In this document: positions 53,839 through 63,103 of the stretch, piece after piece
Numbering within the stretch: the stretch's first letter is position 1
Layout: each line of letters begins with the position of its first letter
DNA from: an uncultured Chromatiales bacterium
GTDB lineage: Bacteria; Pseudomonadota; Gammaproteobacteria; Poriferisulfidales; Poriferisulfidaceae
Direction: 5' to 3'
NCBI GenBank assembly: GCA_964602805.1
Contig: CAZRSJ010000005.1
Location: 1 to 63,103, forward strand
DNA length: 63,103 nucleotides
Notes under the pieces: generated by a model
The model's input: only the letters and a program-made list of their open reading frames with translations
The model's database searches: none
What the model was told of the DNA's origin: nothing
Translations under genes and position numbers: made by a program

Positions 53839-53884
53839 TCCATCCGGCTGGCCTTCCGGCATGTCCCAGTGCCGGAATTCCTGA

Positions 53885-56089
<2,205 letters not shown>

Positions 56090-56093
<4 letters not shown>

Positions 56094-57406
56094 TCTCGCA
56101 AACCGAATACGCGCGGCGGCGCAAGAGGCTCATGCGCCGGATCGGGCCGGATGCGGTGGCCTTGATTCCCGCGGCCCCGGCTCGGGTTCAAAGTCGCGAT
56201 GTCCACTGGCCGTACCGGCAGGACAGCGACTTCCTGTACCTGACCGGATTCCCGGAGCCGGACGCCGTCGCGATGCTGCTCCCCGGACACCCGGACGGCG
56301 AGTTCGTGATGTTCTGCAAGCCGCGCAACCCAGCCGTCGAACAATGGGAAGGCGCGCTTGTCGGCCTGGAGGGAGCCTGCGAGCGCTACGGGGCGGATGC
56401 GGCCTACCCTATCGAGAAATTGAATGACATGGTTCTGACGCTGCTCCGGGAACGGCAGACCCTGTGCTACGCACTGGGACAGGACGGAGACTTCGACGGG
56501 CGGGTTGCCCGCTGGATCGATCAGATGCGTCTCCGTAGCCGGACCGGCCACAATCCTCCAGAGGAATGCCGCCTGCTCGACCGGGACCTGCACGAGATGC
56601 GCCTGTTCAAGAGCCGCAGCGAGATCGCGCTGATGCGCAAGGCTTCCGCCATCGTGACCGGCGCCCACCGCCGCGCCATGGGCACGGCGAAACCGGGATG
56701 CTACGAATACGAACTGGAAGCCGAACTGGTGTATGAAACCCAACGCCACGACATGCGTTTCGCTTATTCCAGCATTGTGGCTTCGGGCCACAATGCCTGC
56801 ACGCTCCACTATTCCGAGAACTCCCGCCGGACCGAAGAAGGCGACTTGGTCTTGATCGACAGCGGGGGCATGTTGGCCGGTTATGCCAGCGACATTACCC
56901 GCACCTGGCCGGTGAGCGGCCAGTTCACGCCCGCGCAACGGGAAATTTACGAGCTGGTCCTGGAGGCGCAGCAGGCGGCCATCCGCCAGTGTGTTCCCGG
57001 CAACACCTGGGACGACCTCCACCGCGCGGCAACCCGCGTCCTGACCCGGGGCCTAGTGCATTTGGGGGTGCTGAAGGGGCGGTGGCAGACCCTGTGGAAG
57101 AAAGAGGCATACAAGCCCTACTTCATGCACGGGACTTCCCATTGGCTGGGCATGGACGTGCATGACGTCGGCGAGTACCGTGTCGACGGGAAGTGGCGAG
57201 GGCTGGAACCCGGCATGGTCACCACGGTAGAACCCGGACTTTACTTCACGCCGGGCCTCAAAGGAGTGCCGAAGCGATTTCGCGGCATCGGGGTGCGGAT
57301 CGAGGACGACGTGGCGGTCACCCGCAAGGGACCGGATGTGCTCAGCGCGAGCCTGCCTTCCGATCCGGACGACATCTGCCGTCTCGTGGGGGCAGTAGCG
57401 CAGTGA
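56090..57406 (+). CDS. pepP: Xaa-Pro aminopeptidase
   Basis: Internal Met MISQTEYARRRKRLM (ATGA overlap with the proB stop). M24 motifs (DSGGMLAGYASDITRT, HGTSHWLGMDVHD, VEPGLY). Confidence 0.9.
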
Positions 57407-58638
57407 GCGAAACCGAAACGAACCCGGACCTGATCATCGCCGGCGGCGGGTTGGCCGGCCTGGTGCAGGCCGTTCTGCTGGGCTCTTCCGGTTGGAGAAT
57501 CGCGGTTCTGGAGCGCAGCGACGGGCTTTCGGCCCTAGCCGACCCGCGCAGCCTCGCCTTATCCGAAAGCACCCGGCGCATCCTTGATTCGGTCGGAGCA
57601 TGGGACGCACTCTCGTCCGAATGTGCGCCGGTGTCGCACATCGACGTCTCCCAGCGTGGCGCCTTCGGGTCGACCCGCCTGCATGCCGAGGACGAACAAT
57701 TGCCGGCTCTGGGCTATGTCGTGCCTGCGGGAACCCTGGCCGGAATCCTGCGCAAGGCGGCCGATGACTTGCCGAACTGCGAGATCCTGACGCAGACCTC
57801 CGTCGAACAGGTACAACCTCAAGAGGCCGGCATTGCACTGAAAATCAGGAAGGATGCCACCCCGCAGACCCTGTCCGCGCGTCTCCTGATTGCGGCGGAC
57901 GGGGCACGGTCGGCCTTGCGCGATGCATTGGGGCTGCACACGGAAGAAGTGGATTACGACCAAAGCGCCGTGGTCGCGGAAGTCGAAATGGATCGGGCGG
58001 CGGAAGGCTGGGCGTACGAGCGTTTCACCGACACCGGCCCTCTGGCCCTGCTGCCGCACCCGTCGGGCCGGTGGGCTTTGGTTTGGGCGTTGTCCCGCGA
58101 AGGCGTCCGGCAGGCCCGGACCTGGTCGGATTCCAGGTTCTGCCGTGAACTGCAGCAGGTGCTTGGGTCGCGCGCCGGTCAGGTCGTCGATGCGGGGCCG
58201 CGAAATTTTTATGATTTGACGTTTCGTCGCGTCCGACAGAGAGTCGGCACCCGCAGTGTCCTGATCGGAGATGCGGCTTACAGTTTCCACCCCGTGGCGG
58301 CGCAGGGATTCAATTTGGTCGTGCGGGATGCTGCATGGCTTGCCCAAGAACTTCGGGATGCCAAACAGGAAGGAGCCGATCCGGGTCACCCTGAACTGCT
58401 CGAAGGATACGCCTGCTCGCGGGACACGGATGCACGAAGAGTCGCCGGATTCACGGACTTCCTCGCCCGTGGGTTCGTGATGCAGAATCCCTTGATCCGC
58501 GGTGCACGTGCCGCCAGTTTGTTTGCTTTGGAGGGCATGCCGCAATGCCGAACCCGGCTGATCCGCTTCGGAATGGGCGCGGACCTTCCCCAGGCTGACC
58601 TGGCCTTGAAAATGAAGGAAGAGCAGACCCATGCCTGA
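57403..58638 (+). CDS. ubiH: FAD-dependent ubiquinone hydroxylase UbiH
   Basis: GTG 57403 overlaps the pepP stop. DLIIAGGGLAGL Rossmann motif, DGARSALR, GDAAYSFHPVAAQGFN. Conserved pepP-ubiH-ubiI order. Confidence 0.85.
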   Translation: MSETETNPDLIIAGGGLAGLVQAVLLGSSGWRIAVLERSDGLSALADPRSLALSESTRRILDSVGAWDALSSECAPVSHIDVSQRGAFGSTRLHAEDEQLPALGYVVPAGTLAGILRKAADDLPNCEILTQTSVEQVQPQEAGIALKIRKDATPQTLSARLLIAADGARSALRDALGLHTEEVDYDQSAVVAEVEMDRAAEGWAYERFTDTGPLALLPHPSGRWALVWALSREGVRQARTWSDSRFCRELQQVLGSRAGQVVDAGPRNFYDLTFRRVRQRVGTRSVLIGDAAYSFHPVAAQGFNLVVRDAAWLAQELRDAKQEGADPGHPELLEGYACSRDTDARRVAGFTDFLARGFVMQNPLIRGARAASLFALEGMPQCRTRLIRFGMGADLPQADLALKMKEEQTHA

Positions 58639-59827
58639 TGTGGTGGTGATCGGCGGAGGTGCAGTCGGTTTGACCACTGCCGCATTGTTGGCGCGATCCG
58701 GATTTCAGGTCGAACTGGTCGAACAACGGGAACTGCCACCGAAAGAACCGGGGCCGGACCCCGAAATCCGGGGGCTGGCGCTGACTCCGGCATCTGAAGC
58801 AATTCTGCGAGCCTGTGGGGCGTGGGAAAACCTGGACCTCGACCGTGTCCAGCCCTGGACCCGGATGCAGGTTTGGGGGGAACCCGACCATGACGGGGTC
58901 GAATTTCTGGCATCCGACATCAACAAGCCGCAACTTGGGCATATCGTGGAAAACACGGTGCTGGTCCGGGCGCTGCACCAGGCTCTGCAGGATGCCGGCG
59001 TGGCACTTCACTGCCCAGACTCGGTCGCCCGGCTCGAACATTATTCGTCCGGCGTCACTTTGGATCTGGAATCCGGCACACAACTGGACGCCCGCCTAGT
59101 CGTGGCGGCAGACGGTGCGGATTCGAAAACCCGGTCACTGGCTGGGCTTGAGTGGGATTACCGACCGTATCGTGAGCAGGCCATCGTCGCGGAAATCGAA
59201 ACCGAACTGCCAAGCGAACCGACAGCGTGGCAGCGATTTACTGTAGATGGTCCGGCCGCTTTGTTGCCGTTATTCAACCGCCATTATTCGCTGGTCTGGT
59301 CGACAACCCAGGCCGAAGCGCTAATGGATTTGGATTCGGGCGAATTCGAAGCCGGGCTGACAGAAGCTATGGGAGGACGCCTAGGCGCGATGCAACTCTG
59401 CGGGCCACGCGTAAAGTTCCCGTTGGGCCGCGGTTGCGCGCCGCACTGGTGTGCGGACGGCATCGTGCTGGTCGGCGATGCGGCGCACGTAGTGCATCCC
59501 CTAGCTGGACTGGGCCAAAACCTGGGGCTGATGGATGCGGCCGTTCTGCAGGAGGAAATTGCCATTCATTCGCTCGGCCTGCGTGCCTTGCGCGCATATG
59601 AGCGCCGACGCAAGGGCCCGGTCAGGGCGACCCAGTACCTGCTTGAAGGATTCCGCCTGGGCTTCGGCAGTGGATGGCAAGGCTTCAGGCAGGCGGGAGA
59701 CCTGGCGATGGAACTGACTGGCCGATATCGCGCGGTGCGGAGGTTTTTCATCCATCAGGCGGACGGATGCCTGGATGGGCCCAGATGGCTACGAACCGGG
59801 GAGGCTTTCCCGGAAAGCGGCGTATGA
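58631..59827 (+). CDS. ubiI: FAD-dependent ubiquinone hydroxylase (UbiI/VisC/UbiF family)
   Basis: 398 aa. DVVVIGGGAVGL, DGADSKTR, GDAAHVVHPLAGLGQN. Confidence 0.8.
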   Translation: MPDVVVIGGGAVGLTTAALLARSGFQVELVEQRELPPKEPGPDPEIRGLALTPASEAILRACGAWENLDLDRVQPWTRMQVWGEPDHDGVEFLASDINKPQLGHIVENTVLVRALHQALQDAGVALHCPDSVARLEHYSSGVTLDLESGTQLDARLVVAADGADSKTRSLAGLEWDYRPYREQAIVAEIETELPSEPTAWQRFTVDGPAALLPLFNRHYSLVWSTTQAEALMDLDSGEFEAGLTEAMGGRLGAMQLCGPRVKFPLGRGCAPHWCADGIVLVGDAAHVVHPLAGLGQNLGLMDAAVLQEEIAIHSLGLRALRAYERRRKGPVRATQYLLEGFRLGFGSGWQGFRQAGDLAMELTGRYRAVRRFFIHQADGCLDGPRWLRTGEAFPESGV

Positions 59828-59883
59828 CCGAAAGTCAGTCTTTCAGGGCCTGACGGCTTCACTTCATATATAATGCGCCGCCT

Positions 59884-60150
59884 ATGGCCAATTCAGCCCA
59901 AGCCCGCAAGCGCGCCCGCCAGGCGGACTCTCACCGTGAAGCCAACATGGCGCTGGCATCGCGCTACCGCACCTTCGTCAAGAAGGTCGTCAAGTTGATT
60001 GAGGAAGGCGATCGCGAACAGGCCATGCAGTCTTACCAAGAAGCCGTCCCCGTGATCGACAGTGCGGTGACCCGCGGGTTGATCCACCGCAACAAGGCAG
60101 CTCGCCAGAAAAGCCGCCTGAACGCGCGAATCAAAAGCCTCAGCGCCTAA
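59884..60150 (+). CDS. rpsT: 30S ribosomal protein S20
   Basis: 88 aa. MANSAQARKRARQ. Confidence 0.95.
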   Translation: MANSAQARKRARQADSHREANMALASRYRTFVKKVVKLIEEGDREQAMQSYQEAVPVIDSAVTRGLIHRNKAARQKSRLNARIKSLSA

Positions 60151-60179
60151 AACCCTGCCGGGTTGTTCCCGGAATATCG

Positions 60180-60198
60180 TCCTCATGATCCATGAGGA
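60180..60198. terminator. hairpin between convergent rpsT and acyltransferase genes
   Basis: Perfect 8-bp stem tcctcatg / catgagga with a 3-nt loop. The T-tract is weak. Confidence 0.35.
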
Positions 60199-60205
60199 GC
60201 GTTGT

Positions 60206-60976
60206 CTATTTCTCCGATTCTGACGCGTCGGGGTTTCCTTTGACGATTCCAACCACGAATTCCCGCGCCCGGTCGGCCAGATGCCGGCGATCCAGGCCGT
60301 CCGGGTCGATTGCCGGGCCGATGTGCACCTCCGCCTGAATGGAGGCGCATCCGAGAATTCCCAAGATGCTGGCGGCCAATGTTTGCTGATCCACGTATGG
60401 CACCTCCGGATGCACACCTTCCGGGTGTGGATAGCGCAACGCGACCGGCTGCACATGGACTCCGCTTTCAATCGCTGCCGCAAAAAGGCGTGGATGGAAC
60501 GGAAGCACGGTATGGCCTTTTCCTGTTGTCCCTTCAGGAAAGACCGCGACGCTTTGTTGCCGCTTGAATGCTTTTCGGATTCCCTCGATGCTGCGCCGCG
60601 CCGCGCCTTCGCCTCCCCGCTTAATAAACAGCGTCCCACCCGCCCGGGACAAGCGGGAAATCACCGGCCACTGGGCGACCTCCGCCTTACTCAGGAATGC
60701 CACCGGCACAGCCGAGCCCAGCACCATGATGTCCAGCCATGAGATATGGTTGCACACCACCAGGCAGGGCGCTTCGGCAGGCTGCCCGGTCACAGACACC
60801 TGAACGTTCAGGCGGGTCAAGACCCGCCGGTACCATTCCTGGTTCTTTTGCTGTGCCTCAGGATCCGGGGGGGTGGATTTCAACGCACGGAGATGTTTCG
60901 CGTTCCCATGCACGAGCCCCCATCCGATAGGGTACAGCAGCCGAAAAAACCGCCACAGGCCGCGAATCAGTTTCAC
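60206..60976 (-). CDS. 1-acyl-sn-glycerol-3-phosphate acyltransferase family protein
   Basis: 256 aa. HxxxxD block [11 protein letters not shown] and FPEGTT block. Confidence 0.8.
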   Translation of the reverse strand: MKLIRGLWRFFRLLYPIGWGLVHGNAKHLRALKSTPPDPEAQQKNQEWYRRVLTRLNVQVSVTGQPAEAPCLVVCNHISWLDIMVLGSAVPVAFLSKAEVAQWPVISRLSRAGGTLFIKRGGEGAARRSIEGIRKAFKRQQSVAVFPEGTTGKGHTVLPFHPRLFAAAIESGVHVQPVALRYPHPEGVHPEVPYVDQQTLAASILGILGCASIQAEVHIGPAIDPDGLDRRHLADRAREFVVGIVKGNPDASESEK

Positions 60977-62991
60977 GAGACCTGGATTCTTTCCTTGAAG
61001 GCGTCAAAAGACCGGATCGGCTCTTCGCAAGTCGGGCCGATGCAGACATAGGCCACCGCCTCACCTTGGGCCGGCTTGTCCTGAAGTGCCGGCGGAAGAT
61101 CCTCCGTGTCTTCGCGAATGGCGTAGCAATCCGCCTTGAGATCGCCGCGCCAAGCTGCGGATTTCCAGCGTCCCAACTCCGGCTCGTTGCCACGCAAGAT
61201 GATCTGCGCAGGAGGCTGTTCCACCACAAACCGGGCCTCCATGAACCGGGCATGTTCCTGGGGCGCCTGCACAATGGCACCCTGTGCGCTGGCCAGCGTT
61301 CGCTCTGCCAACTCCACCCATTCGCTCCGTGCGAGCAGGTGCCCGATCCGGATCAGCCCTTCGCAGGCAACTGCGCAACCGGATGGAGCGACATCGTCCG
61401 CCAGAAGTCGGGGGCGAACCAACAATTCTTCGTGGTCATGCGACGTAAAGAAAAGGCCTCCATCGGGGTCCGCAAACTGCTCGGCGATGACTCCGGCAAG
61501 TTGTTCGGCGAATTTCAGGTTCTCGTTGCTCCAGCGCCCCTGCAGTAGCAAAAGTGCCGCTTCCAGCATGAATGCGTAGTCGTCCAGATACGCATTCAGG
61601 TGCGCCTTCCCCTGGCTGAAACTCGCCTTCAATCGCTGGCCGTCCCACAACTGCTGCCGCACGAAATCGAACGCGGCGACCGCACTGCGGAACCAATCCG
61701 GCTCGCCCAACTGGCGCGAAGCCAGAATCAGGCCGCGGATCATCAGGGCGTTCCAGCTGGTCAGCATCTTGTCGTCCAGTCCCGGGCGAACGCGGACCGA
61801 GCGAGCCTCGAACAGACGCTGCAGGTCCTGCTCGAACATGCCCTGGAGTTCTTCAACCGGTTGCTTGGTGTTCGCCGCAGTCTCCAGCATGGTCTGGAAA
61901 CCGTGCAAATGCCAGCGCCCTTCGAAATTCGCCGGGCGATCCAGTCCGAACCGGAACGCAAAAGCCGGGTAATGCTCCTCCGGGATCAGCGCCTGCACCT
62001 CTTCCGGCGTCCACAGGTAAAACTTGCCTTCCTCACCCTCGGAGTCGGCATCCAGGCTGGAATAGAAGCCACCGGATTCATCCTGGAGTTCACGGGTGAC
62101 GAACGAAACGATACCCGCCGCCGCAGCCCGCAGCGGCGGGGATTCCGTGCGCGTCCAGGCCTCTGCGTAAAGCGGCAGCAGAAGGGCTTGGTCGTACAGC
62201 ATTTTCTCGAAGTGAGGAATCATCCAGTGCGCATCGACCGAATACCGGTAGAAACCTCCCCCGGCGTGATCCTGAATCCCACCCTCGGCCATGCACGACA
62301 AGGTGTGCGTGGCCATGTGCTGCGCCCGCGGATTGTCCTGCTGCTGCAGCCACTGCAATTGGGTGGGTCGTGCAAATTTTGGTGCGCCGCCGAATCCCCC
62401 GTCCCGCGCATCGAATGCTCGCGCCAAGCCTTCGATGACGTCGGCCTCAAGCCCCTCCGGCCAAGGAGCCGCTTGGGGCAACTGATGGATTTGCTGGAGT
62501 GCAGTGCAGACCGATTCGTTTTGCTTGTCCAATTCCTCGGCATGTTCGCCGTACCACTCCGCGACCCGCTCCAGTATCTGGCTGAACGCTGGCAACCCGT
62601 GGCGGGGCTCCGGCGGGAAGTAAGTGCCCCCGAAGAAAGGGACGCGTTTGTCCGGCGTGAGGAACAAGGTCAGCGGCCAACCTCCACCTCGCTGGGTCAA
62701 CAGCATCTGTGCCGTTTGGTACAGCTTGTCCAGATCTGGACGCTCTTCGCGATCCACCTTGATGTTGACGTACAGGCGGTTCATCAATGCCGCCGTCGCC
62801 GGATCCTCGAAGGACTCGTGCGCCATTACGTGGCACCAATGGCAGGCAGCATAGCCGATCGACAGCAGGATCGGCCGACCGCTGTCGCGGGCTTCGCGCA
62901 ACGCTTCCTCATCCCACGGATACCAATCCACCGGGTTGTCCGCATGCTGGCGCAGGTAAGGGCTGGAGGCTTCGGCGAGACGATTCGACAT
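60973..62991 (-). CDS. thioredoxin-domain (DUF255) / six-hairpin glycosidase-like protein (YyaL/SSP411 family)
   Basis: 672 aa. [42 protein letters not shown]. Confidence 0.85.
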   Translation of the reverse strand: MSNRLAEASSPYLRQHADNPVDWYPWDEEALREARDSGRPILLSIGYAACHWCHVMAHESFEDPATAALMNRLYVNIKVDREERPDLDKLYQTAQMLLTQRGGGWPLTLFLTPDKRVPFFGGTYFPPEPRHGLPAFSQILERVAEWYGEHAEELDKQNESVCTALQQIHQLPQAAPWPEGLEADVIEGLARAFDARDGGFGGAPKFARPTQLQWLQQQDNPRAQHMATHTLSCMAEGGIQDHAGGGFYRYSVDAHWMIPHFEKMLYDQALLLPLYAEAWTRTESPPLRAAAAGIVSFVTRELQDESGGFYSSLDADSEGEEGKFYLWTPEEVQALIPEEHYPAFAFRFGLDRPANFEGRWHLHGFQTMLETAANTKQPVEELQGMFEQDLQRLFEARSVRVRPGLDDKMLTSWNALMIRGLILASRQLGEPDWFRSAVAAFDFVRQQLWDGQRLKASFSQGKAHLNAYLDDYAFMLEAALLLLQGRWSNENLKFAEQLAGVIAEQFADPDGGLFFTSHDHEELLVRPRLLADDVAPSGCAVACEGLIRIGHLLARSEWVELAERTLASAQGAIVQAPQEHARFMEARFVVEQPPAQIILRGNEPELGRWKSAAWRGDLKADCYAIREDTEDLPPALQDKPAQGEAVAYVCIGPTCEEPIRSFDAFKERIQVS

Positions 62992-63103
62992 AACGGTAAG
63001 GGTTCCCTGAAAATTATACGGTGCGGGCTTTTGTTAGGATTTCTCTATTTCCCCGATCCGCGAGCTAACGCGATTTTGCCAGTTTTTCAGAGGCCGGAGG
63101 TCC

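Noticed and set aside
59846-59874. rpsT promoter (TATAAT at 59869-59874)
   Set aside because: There is a good -10 hexamer, but the only -35-like hexamer (ctgacg at 59850-59855) is 13 nt away. This is not a supportable sigma70 promoter call.

Overview
High-GC chromosomal window whose gene order looks gammaproteobacterial and origin-proximal: parB-parA-rsmG-mnmG on the minus strand and rpmH-rnpA-yidD-yidC-mnmE on the plus strand. Most of the window is housekeeping: dksA, ctpA, an arsR-rhodanese-grxC-secB-gpsA cluster, engB, cysC, cytochrome c4, dsbA, polA, a TRAP transporter, uvrD, ubiJ/ubiB/ubiE/ubiH/ubiI, xerC, dapF, rplU-rpmA-obgE-proB-pepP, rpsT. I recognised no rRNA, tRNA or CRISPR array. 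Two accessory regions stand out. (1) About 33.8-43.7 kb is a block that splits the normally contiguous ubiE-ubiJ-ubiB genes. It starts with a solo IS200/IS605-type tnpB, followed by a nine-gene, translationally coupled envelope operon. The operon encodes a MotA/ExbB-type channel, two ExbD/TolR-like single-helix proteins with coiled-coil and VWA ectodomains, a PEGA-repeat protein with a cysteine-less FGE-sulfatase domain, a lipoprotein and hyper-acidic secreted proteins. I cannot match it to any named system, and I read it as a candidate new 5:2-type ion-driven envelope machine. (2) About 48.1-53.2 kb is a low-GC island between dapF and rplU. It carries an XRE-ImmA/IrrE fusion plus a PIN-like gene, and an operon of a 784-aa PD-(D/E)xK + DGQHR (DndB/ParB-like) + HEPN fusion protein with a Dam-class m6A methyltransferase. 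This looks like a candidate novel modification-linked defence module. All calls come from reading the ORF translations and the DNA by eye; no searches were run.
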